Of a DNA stretch of 64,000 nucleotides, positions 38,662 to 47,112 are shown piece by piece (the first letter of the stretch is position 1; each line of letters starts with the position of its first letter). This DNA comes from an uncultured Bacteroidales bacterium. Lineage in GTDB: Bacteria; Bacteroidota; Bacteroidia; Bacteroidales; FEN-979. The position numbers and the translations under genes were made by a program. A model generated the notes under the pieces. It searched no databases, was not told where the DNA came from, and saw only the letters and a list, made by a program, of their open reading frames with translations. The DNA is taken from assembly GCA_903903985.1 (NCBI GenBank), contig CAIVAT010000153.1, forward strand, positions 57,352 through 121,351, written 5' to 3'.

Positions 38662-39663
38662 ATGATATACAATCAATGGTATGTGATCCTCTGGTCAAAA
38701 GAGGTTAAGAAAAACCAGGTTATCGGGATCAAACGTTTTGGGGAAAATCTTGTAATTTGGCGCGATAGCCAAGGCAATCCGGGGGCGGCCAGGGATCAGT
38801 GCCCCCATCGCGGCATAAAACTCAGCCTGGGTAAAATCAAGGACGATCATCTTCAATGCCCGTTCCACGGATTTGAATATAACCAGGCGGGCGAATGCAA
38901 ACTCATCCCGGCCAACGGCAAGGCTGCTGCTGTTCCTGAGCACATCAGGGCAGCGGCTTACACGGTAAATGAAGCCAACGGGTTTATCTACCTCTGGTAT
39001 ACGGATGATCCCGTGAGGGTCGCGAACTTTCCCCCATTGCCATGGTTCGATGACATGGATCCTTCCCTGGCATGGTCAGAGATGAAAGACCACTGGAAAG
39101 CGCATTATTCCAGGGTCATTGAAAACCAGCTCGATGTGGTTCATGTGCCCTTCATCCACCGCACCACCATTGGACGCGGAATCGGACCAGTAGTGAACGG
39201 GCCCTATATCAAGGTTTTTGAGAACGGATTGAGTTACTGGCCAAAAAACGAACAGGACCATGGTCAAACGCCGCTGCGCCCCGATCAAATGCCGGAACCT
39301 GCGAACAAGGATACCTTTTTGACATTTCTGTTCCCGAATATCTGGCAAAACCACATCATGGACAAACTGCGGGTAGTTATTGCCTTTGTGCCTGTGGATG
39401 AGACCAATACGATATTATACCTGCGCACTTACCAGAAAATGGTGACCATCCCGGTTCTCAGGAACATCTTTCTCTGGATGACCGGAAAATATAACCGGGT
39501 GATCCTTCACCAGGACCGGCGTGTAGTTGAAACCCATCAGCCACAAGCCACTTCGTTCAGGATGCACGAAAACCTTATCCCCGGTGATTTCCCGGTGGTG
39601 CTATACAGAAAGAAAAGGGAGGAGTTAAAAAATAAAGCTGTTATTTCAGCGTTTAAATCATAG
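38662..39663 (+). CDS. Rieske [2Fe-2S] non-heme iron oxygenase (PaO/KshA-like alpha subunit)
   Basis: CPHRG..(17 aa)..CPFHG Rieske motif, then a catalytic-domain stretch NQLDVVHVPFIH. The start is 38662 or 38635. The longer ORF (38533) translates the word repeat. Confidence 0.8.
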   Translation: MIYNQWYVILWSKEVKKNQVIGIKRFGENLVIWRDSQGNPGAARDQCPHRGIKLSLGKIKDDHLQCPFHGFEYNQAGECKLIPANGKAAAVPEHIRAAAYTVNEANGFIYLWYTDDPVRVANFPPLPWFDDMDPSLAWSEMKDHWKAHYSRVIENQLDVVHVPFIHRTTIGRGIGPVVNGPYIKVFENGLSYWPKNEQDHGQTPLRPDQMPEPANKDTFLTFLFPNIWQNHIMDKLRVVIAFVPVDETNTILYLRTYQKMVTIPVLRNIFLWMTGKYNRVILHQDRRVVETHQPQATSFRMHENLIPGDFPVVLYRKKREELKNKAVISAFKS

Positions 39664-39701
39664 CATTTCCCTTTTTCTTCTCCGCAACCAAACCCGACAC
39701 C

Positions 39702-40499
39702 ATGAAAACATTCAATCTCATTTTCCTTGGTCTTTTTCTCTTTGGACTGAGCGCACAGGCGCAAAAGATTTACATCCGGGGCGGCCTGGGCGTGGCAGCA
39801 AGCACTGCCGCCGATTATGTCACCAATGGCAGCGTCAATTCATCCGGTTCTTCCATCTCAACTTCTAAAAAACAGGGAATTGGCACCGGGTTGCCCTTTG
39901 TGCTGGCGGCAGGATACAACATCAATAAAAATTTTGGATTTGAACTGGGAGTTGATTATTTCTATGGTTTTTTTAACAAACAAAGCTGGTCGGGCAATAG
40001 TTATAGCTATGGTTCAAAATCCCGTGGCCAGATGCTCAGCATCGTTCCGGCCTTCGTGATGTCCCTTCCCTTTGCTAAATTTAAACCATATGCCCGCATC
40101 GGCCTTAAACTCGGAGTTTGGAACAGCATGGTCATCAAGCCTCATGATGAGTACCAAATAAACAATGTAGTTGAAGCAACAATCAAGGATTATGGCGGGT
40201 TGGCCGTTGGTGTTCAAACCGCAATAGGAACTGATTTTATCCTGAGCAAACATATGTCACTTTTCGGTGAAATCCAGGTTGACGGGATCAGCTGGGCCCC
40301 GACGCATGGAAAATATACCGAATATATTGAAAATGGTGTGGACAAACTCGCTTCACGGACTGTCAATCAGAATGAATGGAACTTCGTTAAAGAGGTTGAC
40401 AATACTAACCTCCCCGATGATCAACCACGGCAAGTCAACAAAGTAAACCAGCCATTCGGAAATGTCGGGCTGGTGTTCGGAGTGAAGGTTAACCTGTAA
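39702..40499 (+). CDS. outer-membrane beta-barrel protein (small porin/OmpA-barrel-like)
   Basis: Signal peptide ending SAQAQ, alternating aromatic/Gly strands, and a C-terminal VFGVKVNL. Confidence 0.6.
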   Translation: MKTFNLIFLGLFLFGLSAQAQKIYIRGGLGVAASTAADYVTNGSVNSSGSSISTSKKQGIGTGLPFVLAAGYNINKNFGFELGVDYFYGFFNKQSWSGNSYSYGSKSRGQMLSIVPAFVMSLPFAKFKPYARIGLKLGVWNSMVIKPHDEYQINNVVEATIKDYGGLAVGVQTAIGTDFILSKHMSLFGEIQVDGISWAPTHGKYTEYIENGVDKLASRTVNQNEWNFVKEVDNTNLPDDQPRQVNKVNQPFGNVGLVFGVKVNL

Positions 40500-40550
40500 A
40501 AAAGCGGACAAACAGACGACAATTCATTTGCCAACCTCCAATCGTAAATC

Positions 40551-42191
40551 TCAATGGCATTTATCCACCTTCATATAGGGATAGGTAAATTCCGTAGATG
40601 GCATCAGGGTTTCTTTGATGGTGCGGGGATTGGTCCAGCGCAGCAGGTTGAGATGGCTTCCTGATTTATCGTTTGTTCCCGATCCGCGTGCACCGCCGAA
40701 TGGCTGCTGGCCGACCACCGCCCCCGAAGGCTTATCGTTGAAATAGAAATTTCCGGCGGCATAGCGCAGGATGCGGCAGGCCTTGTTGATGGCTTCGCGA
40801 TCCTTTGAAAACACCGAGCCGGTGAGGCCATAGGGGGAAGTCTGGTCGCAGATCTGCAGGGTCTCTTCGAATTCTTTATCCTTGTATACATAGATCGTCA
40901 TTACCGGTCCAAAGATCTCCTCTTCCATGGTTTTAAAATGGGGATTGGTTGTTTTAATCACCGTGGGCTGAACAAAATACCCTTTCGATTTATCTCCTGT
41001 TCCGCCGAAAACAACCTCGGCATCAGCCGATTTTTTTGCATGATCAATATATCCCATGATGTTGTCGAAGGAGGCCTCATCGATCACTGCATTCATGAAA
41101 TGGCTGAATTCACGCACATCTCCCACGGTGATCATTTCAATCATGCCTCCGATGCGCGATTTCACATCAGGCCACATCGACTCCGGGATGTATGCCCGGG
41201 ATGCAGCAGAACATTTCTGTCCCTGGTATTCGAACGCCCCACGTACAATGGCAACCGACACCTCCTGCGGATCGGAGGAGGGATGGACAAAAATAAAATC
41301 CTTGCCGCCGGTCTCGCCTACGATCCGTGGATAAGAACGGTAGTTGGCCATGTTCTGGGCGGCCATCTGCCACAGGCTGTTGAATGTATTGTTCGACCCG
41401 GTAAAGTGGATCCCGGTCATGTCGCGGTGTCCCAGGGCTGTCTTCCCTATCAGGCTTCCGGGTCCGGGGATAAAATTGATCACTCCATCGGGAAGGCCCG
41501 CCTCCTGGAATATCTTCATCAGGAAATAATTTGAAAGCAGGGAGGTGGTTGCGGGCTTCCATACGGAAGTGTTCCCCATGAGCGCAGGCGCCATGTTCAG
41601 GTTGGAAGCGATGGCGGTAAAGTTGAACGGGCTGATCGTCAGCACAAACCCTTCCAGCGGCCGGTACTCGATCCTGTTGATGATCCCTGGCTGGGAATGA
41701 GGCTGCTCTTTGTAAATCTCCGTGATGAAGTGGGCATTGAAATTGAGGAAATCGATGGTTTCACAGGCGGCATCAATCTCAGCCTGGTAGGCGCTTTTCC
41801 CCTGGCCAAGCATGGTGGCGGCATTGATGAGAAAGCGGTACTTTTTCGAAATCAGTTCAGCTGCCTTCAGGGTGATTGAAACCCGGTCGACCCAGGGAAA
41901 CGACTCCCATTCCTTGTGTGCCTTGAGTGCCGCGTCAATCGCCATGCGGATTTCAGGTTCGCCTGCCATATGATAACTGGCAAGGACATGCTGGTGGTCA
42001 TGCGGCATTACCACTTTCCCTGTCTTGCCGGTACGAACTTCTTTTCCGCCGATGATCAAAGGGATATCCTGCACTTCTGAACTCAGACGGTCCAGTTCGG
42101 CATTTAATGATTTTCTTTCCTTGCAGCCGGGGGCATAGGTAAGCGTATGCTCATTCTGCGGACGCTCCAGATTAAATATCGCATTATTCAT
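40551..42191 (-). CDS. pruA: L-glutamate gamma-semialdehyde (1-pyrroline-5-carboxylate) dehydrogenase
   Basis: ALDH superfamily: VWKPA, FTGSN, VGETGGKDF and the catalytic Cys in QGQKCSAASR. The ~545-aa PruA-type N-terminus is present. Start trimmed to MNNAIFN (42191). Confidence 0.85.
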   Translation of the reverse strand: MNNAIFNLERPQNEHTLTYAPGCKERKSLNAELDRLSSEVQDIPLIIGGKEVRTGKTGKVVMPHDHQHVLASYHMAGEPEIRMAIDAALKAHKEWESFPWVDRVSITLKAAELISKKYRFLINAATMLGQGKSAYQAEIDAACETIDFLNFNAHFITEIYKEQPHSQPGIINRIEYRPLEGFVLTISPFNFTAIASNLNMAPALMGNTSVWKPATTSLLSNYFLMKIFQEAGLPDGVINFIPGPGSLIGKTALGHRDMTGIHFTGSNNTFNSLWQMAAQNMANYRSYPRIVGETGGKDFIFVHPSSDPQEVSVAIVRGAFEYQGQKCSAASRAYIPESMWPDVKSRIGGMIEMITVGDVREFSHFMNAVIDEASFDNIMGYIDHAKKSADAEVVFGGTGDKSKGYFVQPTVIKTTNPHFKTMEEEIFGPVMTIYVYKDKEFEETLQICDQTSPYGLTGSVFSKDREAINKACRILRYAAGNFYFNDKPSGAVVGQQPFGGARGSGTNDKSGSHLNLLRWTNPRTIKETLMPSTEFTYPYMKVDKCH

Positions 42192-42294
42192 GTGAATTTT
42201 TTTATGTAAAATTAAGAAATATACCGATATGCTGTTTTTTGCATATCGATTATCTCCATCCGGCTGCAAAGATAATATATTATTTGGAATTGTT

Positions 42295-43668
42295 CTAAAT
42301 TAATTGCTGTCCCGCGAGTTCCCGCTTCCTGTTCTTCAGGAATAATGAGAGTATGATGAGGATGGCCGAGAGCAGGGTCATGACCAGGAATGCGATGCCA
42401 AAACCAATGGGTTTTCCGGGGGTGGCAGCAGCGATTGCACCTATCAGCGCAGCACCGGTAAGTTGGCCGATCGAAATAAATATCAATAAAATTCCTTGGG
42501 TTGAAGCCCGTTCCTTTGCCGGAACCTCGTTGAGCATGATGTAGCTCAGGGAAGATCGCATGGCAAGCCCAAACCCGAGGAACGCCTCGGCAGTATAGTA
42601 GAGCACCAGGTTTTCGGTAAGGAAGCTGAGGATTAACAATGCAATGGAGGAGATGATCAAACCCGAAACAATGATAATTTTCGAGCCGACTTTATCCACC
42701 AGGCGCCCTCCCAGCGGTGAACCCACCGCGGTAGCCACTACAACAGGCAGGAGCATGAAACTGGCCCGGGAGGGAACAACATTGAAAAGATCAACGGCCA
42801 TCTTGGGAAGAAAGACAATGGTTGATTGAAAGAGGCCGAGGCCAAAAGCAACAAACCCGACAATGCGAACCTGTGTCGATGAAAATAGTTTTATATTCAG
42901 GATTGGATCAGTCTGTCTTCTTTCCAGAAATATCAGGAAGGGAGTAAGGAACAGGGTCATCAGTACAAACGGCAGTACCTTTCCTGAAACCAGGCTCTCC
43001 GTCAAATGTTGCGTATCAAGGTTATTCAGCGCAAGGGTGAGACTGGTAAGGATCAATGCAAGAAGGATGATCCCGGAATAATCGACAGAAGGCTTTTTTG
43101 CAGGCCGGATGGACGGCAGCATCCTGAAGGCGGCTAACATCAGCAGAATGGCAACAGGGATGTTAATTAGGAATAAGGCATTCCAGTCGAAATAAAGGAG
43201 CATGAACCCGGCAATGAACGGACCCAGGATAAATGCAAAGCCAAAAACAGCGCCAATCAGACCGAGTGCCCTTCCCCGCTTTTCAATGGGGAAAATATCA
43301 CCCACCACGGCATTGGCGACGGGAAAAATACCACTTGAACCAAAACCCTGGATGGCCCTTCCGATGAGTAAAAAAGTTATTTCATGAGAAAGGGAGACCA
43401 CCAGCGATCCCAGCCCGAAAATACCCACGGCAATGATGTAAATCCAGCGTCGCCCAAAGGTATCCGACATCCTGGCCATCAGGGAAATCCCGACAAGGTT
43501 GAAGAGGATATAAATGGAATAGATCCAGCTCAGGTCACGCCCGCCGACATGCATGCTTTTTTCGATGGAAGGAATGGCAGGCCCTACGATCGAAATATCC
43601 AGGGCACCCATCAGGACGCCAATGAAAAGAAGAATCAGGATGGAGGTGTTATTTTTCAGTTGGGTCAT
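42295..43668 (-). CDS. MFS transporter (drug:H+ antiporter-like)
   Basis: About 14 TM spans. MFS motif A-like GRLVDKVGSK and MSDTFGRR. Confidence 0.8.
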   Translation of the reverse strand: MTQLKNNTSILILLFIGVLMGALDISIVGPAIPSIEKSMHVGGRDLSWIYSIYILFNLVGISLMARMSDTFGRRWIYIIAVGIFGLGSLVVSLSHEITFLLIGRAIQGFGSSGIFPVANAVVGDIFPIEKRGRALGLIGAVFGFAFILGPFIAGFMLLYFDWNALFLINIPVAILLMLAAFRMLPSIRPAKKPSVDYSGIILLALILTSLTLALNNLDTQHLTESLVSGKVLPFVLMTLFLTPFLIFLERRQTDPILNIKLFSSTQVRIVGFVAFGLGLFQSTIVFLPKMAVDLFNVVPSRASFMLLPVVVATAVGSPLGGRLVDKVGSKIIIVSGLIISSIALLILSFLTENLVLYYTAEAFLGFGLAMRSSLSYIMLNEVPAKERASTQGILLIFISIGQLTGAALIGAIAAATPGKPIGFGIAFLVMTLLSAILIILSLFLKNRKRELAGQQLI

Positions 43669-43768
43669 ATTTTATTGGGTTGACGAGCGGACAAGAATAC
43701 GTGCGTACGAACGGGTGGACAAATGAAGATGTGTATGTTGAATGAGGGTGCAAAAGTAATCATATTGG

Positions 43769-43795
43769 CCTATCCGGAAATTATTTTCGGATAGG
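43769..43795. promoter_or_regulatory. palindrome CCTATCCG-N11-CGGATAGG, candidate operator of the ModE-like regulator
   Basis: Perfect 8-bp arms (43769..43776 / 43788..43795), located 28-54 nt upstream of the TATTTTTG -7 box at 43823..43830 of the tungstate operon. Confidence 0.4.
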
Positions 43796-43847
43796 TCGAA
43801 CGGTGCATATCGCCAAAATGTTTATTTTTGTGGATATCTAAATTTTC

Positions 43848-44225
43848 ATGGAAACAAAATTCAGCAATAAGTTATCAGACATCCGCCTGCATTACAAAAT
43901 ATGGATGTCTGACGACCACGATACCGGGATCATGGGGGATGGAAAATGGCAGATGCTCAAACTGATCGAGGAGAAAGGATCGATGAAGGCAGCCTGTGAC
44001 GAACTGGGGTACACCTATCGCCGAACCTGGGGAAATTTAAAAAAAATTGAGAAGTTCTTCGGGTTTCCCTTGCTGGAAAAGCAGCGTGGTGGCAGTGACG
44101 GCGGGCATACAACCCTGACTGAAGAGGGAAAACGCCTCGTCAGGGCCTTCGATACGTTCCACAACACCATCGACACCCAGATACAACAAGGCTTTGAAAC
44201 ATTTATCCAGGGTTTAAACAAATAA
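43848..44225 (+). CDS. ModE N-terminal-domain-like winged-helix regulator (no Mop domains)
   Basis: GDGKWQMLKLIEEKGSMKAACDELGYTYRRTWGNLKKIE..LLEKQRGGSDGGHTTLTEEG matches the ModE/LysR-type wHTH pattern. It is the first gene of the W/Mo transport cluster. Confidence 0.65.
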   Translation: METKFSNKLSDIRLHYKIWMSDDHDTGIMGDGKWQMLKLIEEKGSMKAACDELGYTYRRTWGNLKKIEKFFGFPLLEKQRGGSDGGHTTLTEEGKRLVRAFDTFHNTIDTQIQQGFETFIQGLNK

Positions 44226-44244
44226 CATTCCAAACACACTTCAT

Positions 44245-45204
44245 ATGTACAGACAAGTAGTTATTCTTTGCTTAGGTTTTTTCGCCTTTCACTCTGGCCA
44301 TGCTCAAAAACCACAGCAACCGCTTTCAGGCGACCTGGTGATTTTCCATGCCGGCAGTTTATCAGTTCCGATGAAGGAAATTTCGGCAGCCTTCAAAGAA
44401 CTTCATCCGGAGGTCAACATCATGATGGAATCGGCCGGCAGTGTTGAATGCGCCCGGAAAGTCACCGACCTGAACAAGCCATGTGACATCCTTGCCTCCT
44501 CCGATTACAAGGTCATTGACAATATGCTGATCCCTAAATATGCAGCGTGGAACATCAAATTCGTATCCAACGAGATGTGCATTGTTTACACTGAAAAATC
44601 GAGGTTTGTCAAGCAAATCAATGTTAAAAACTGGTTCGAAATCCTGCAGAAGAAGGAAGTTGCCTTTGGACGCGCAGATCCGAACGCCGACCCGTGCGGC
44701 TACCGCTCGGTAATGACCATGCAACTGGCGGAGAAATTCTATAAGAAACCAGGCCTGACGAATCTTTTAACTGCCAAGGATGTGAACTACATGCGCCCTA
44801 AAGAAGTCGACCTGCTGGCACTTCTTGAATCTCAATCGGTCGATTATATTTTTCTCTACAAATCGGTGGCGATCCAGCACAACCTGAAATACCTCGTGCT
44901 TCCTTTGGAGGTGAACCTGAAGGATCCGAAATTCACCGATCTTTACAACACGGCCGTGGTAACGATCAATGGCAAGGAACCCGGGCAAAAGGTTACGGTC
45001 AAAGGCGAACCCATGATCTATGGGGTCACCCTGATCAATGCCGCGCCAAACAAGCCGGTCGCACTTGCATTCCTTCAATTCATGCTGTCGAAGGAAAAGG
45101 GAATGAGCATCCTTGAAAAAAACGGGCAGCCGTCGGTGATCCCCCAGCAAAACCCGAATTTCGACAATATTCCGGCAACCCTGAAGCCTTTCGCGGTTAA
45201 ATAG
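44245..45204 (+). CDS. wtpA: tungstate/molybdate ABC transporter substrate-binding protein, WtpA family
   Basis: Signal peptide. IFHAGSLSVPM, ESAGSVECARKV, FGRADPNADPCGYRS and DYIFLYKSVA resemble WtpA over the whole length. Confidence 0.8.
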   Translation: MYRQVVILCLGFFAFHSGHAQKPQQPLSGDLVIFHAGSLSVPMKEISAAFKELHPEVNIMMESAGSVECARKVTDLNKPCDILASSDYKVIDNMLIPKYAAWNIKFVSNEMCIVYTEKSRFVKQINVKNWFEILQKKEVAFGRADPNADPCGYRSVMTMQLAEKFYKKPGLTNLLTAKDVNYMRPKEVDLLALLESQSVDYIFLYKSVAIQHNLKYLVLPLEVNLKDPKFTDLYNTAVVTINGKEPGQKVTVKGEPMIYGVTLINAAPNKPVALAFLQFMLSKEKGMSILEKNGQPSVIPQQNPNFDNIPATLKPFAVK

Positions 45205-45288
45205 GCCGGAAACTTTTCAACAGAAAACAAATTGTTCTAAGAACATAATACCGATAGGCATCATTCGACATATCGAAAAAAAACACCT

Positions 45289-46194
45289 ATGAAAAATTCA
45301 TGGATTCTCCTGATTTTTATTACTGCATTCATTCTTGTGTTTGCAGAGGCATGTAAAAAGGATGAAAACCCTTCCCCACCGGCGATCGGGTTATTAACCG
45401 GCTCCGGATATACGCCGGCAGGCTCCATTATTGCTGTTGGAGGAAAACTCAGGTTTGGGATTACTGCTGCAGCCAATGGCGCCAACATCACAAACTTTGT
45501 CGTAAAGAAAATCATGCCTGACGGTTCAGTCAAGGTAATGCTTGACTCCGGTTTAAACTCAACCGGTTTTACGGTCAGCGAAACTTTCTATCAGGGTGTT
45601 GAAGCCGAAGCGCGATGGACCTTCCAGGTGATGGATAAAAACCGGCAATTTGCAACCACTGCGATCACATTATTCAAAGATCCGGCCTCGGCATGGGGCG
45701 GGATATTGGAGTATCCTTCCATTGTGATGGGATTTCAGAACAGTACGACCCACGGCCAGTTTCTGATCCCTTCCACCGGAAAAGTATACTTTGCGGATTC
45801 GGCTTCAATCAACCAGAGCCTGATTGATATTATTACATACTACTACGTCGATGGCACTCCTTCTCCTACCTTTTCATCGGCAGGCGAAACAGGTGGGGGA
45901 ATAGTTGATTATTACCCGGCAATCAGCCAGTGGGCAATAAAGAACTATACGAAGTGGGATATCAGTGTTGATACTGATCCTGTTCCGGTTTCTGCTTTCG
46001 ATGCCTGTCATAACGACAGCCTGCTGATTGTCAGATACAATGATGTATGGGGCAAACGAAAATTCAAATGGGCCAATCCTGGCGTCGTCATCCCTTTTTT
46101 AACCGCCTCCGGGAAAAAGGGGATGATCCGTGTAATTTCTGTTGAAAATGATCCTGCGGGGATGATCAACTTTGCTATGAAAATTCAACAATAA
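45289..46194 (+). CDS. lipoprotein of unknown function
   Basis: Lipobox VFAEAC. 301 aa with Ig-like N-terminal beta-rich sequence. No motif recognised. Confidence 0.5.
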   Translation: MKNSWILLIFITAFILVFAEACKKDENPSPPAIGLLTGSGYTPAGSIIAVGGKLRFGITAAANGANITNFVVKKIMPDGSVKVMLDSGLNSTGFTVSETFYQGVEAEARWTFQVMDKNRQFATTAITLFKDPASAWGGILEYPSIVMGFQNSTTHGQFLIPSTGKVYFADSASINQSLIDIITYYYVDGTPSPTFSSAGETGGGIVDYYPAISQWAIKNYTKWDISVDTDPVPVSAFDACHNDSLLIVRYNDVWGKRKFKWANPGVVIPFLTASGKKGMIRVISVENDPAGMINFAMKIQQ

Positions 46195-46242
46195 CAAGCA
46201 TATGCATCATTCAATCTATTCTCTAAATCTAAACTACAAATT

Positions 46243-47112
46243 ATGAAAAAAAAATTACTCTTTGCCCTTCTGGCAATCATTTCCGGTTCACTTTTTGCCC
46301 AGGAAACACTTACAGGCTGGAACTTTCCGGCAAATTCGGGATCCGACAGCCTGAATGCAAATCTCGGGACCACCCAAAACAAAACGTATGATATCCGTTT
46401 CCAATGGGTTTTAACCCCAACCACCGATTCCACGTTAAACACCGTAACTTTTGTCAATGGAGCCACAACGTATGCTGCAGCAACTACAGGCTGGGCGGAT
46501 GGTTCCGGCATCAAGTTCTGGTCCATTAAATTCAAGGCCAACAATTATTCCAATTTCAAGTTGTCATCAAAGCAAAAAAGTGATGCCACCAATGCAGGGC
46601 CACGCGATTTTAAACTGCAGTGGCGGTTAAGCAGTGGCACATACGTGGATGTCGCTGGCGGAACAGTTACCCTTGGGGCCGACTGGACGACGGGGGTAGT
46701 TACAAACCTTCCGATCCCAATTACCGGACAGGGTACCAGTTCGATCTACATTCGCTGGATCATGGCATCAAATACCAACATCAATGGCAGTACAGTAACT
46801 GCTGCCGGACAGTCGATGATTGATGACATCCTGGTTACCGGGGTAAGTTCTCTGGGTCAAGAAGAAATCATCTATACCAACCGCCTGAAGGTTTATCCTT
46901 CTCCGAACAAAGGGGCATTCACCATTTCATCAACTGAGCCAATTGATTTCATGATCGTTACAGATATTAATGGTAATACAATATGTAAAACTGCCAACCC
47001 ATTACAACAGCAATCAATTGCAATCCCTGATGCAAAACCAGGCGTTTACCTGTTGAAAGTCCGGTTCAAAGGAAGTGATCAGGAAGTCTCAACCCGCTTT
47101 GTTGTTGAATAA
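46243..47112 (+). CDS. secreted protein with a T9SS type-A C-terminal sorting domain
   Basis: Signal peptide. The C-terminal ~75 aa (LKVYPSPNKGAFTI..GVYLLKV..) is a typical Por/T9SS CTD. Confidence 0.6.
   Translation: MKKKLLFALLAIISGSLFAQETLTGWNFPANSGSDSLNANLGTTQNKTYDIRFQWVLTPTTDSTLNTVTFVNGATTYAAATTGWADGSGIKFWSIKFKANNYSNFKLSSKQKSDATNAGPRDFKLQWRLSSGTYVDVAGGTVTLGADWTTGVVTNLPIPITGQGTSSIYIRWIMASNTNINGSTVTAAGQSMIDDILVTGVSSLGQEEIIYTNRLKVYPSPNKGAFTISSTEPIDFMIVTDINGNTICKTANPLQQQSIAIPDAKPGVYLLKVRFKGSDQEVSTRFVVE

Noticed and set aside
43669-44244. Moco riboswitch upstream of the W/Mo transport or moa genes
   Set aside because: I could not recognise the conserved Moco-motif core in 43669..43847, 44226..44244 or 54575..54802. 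These spacers are explained by promoter boxes, a palindrome and a REP-like element. A covariance-model scan would be decisive.
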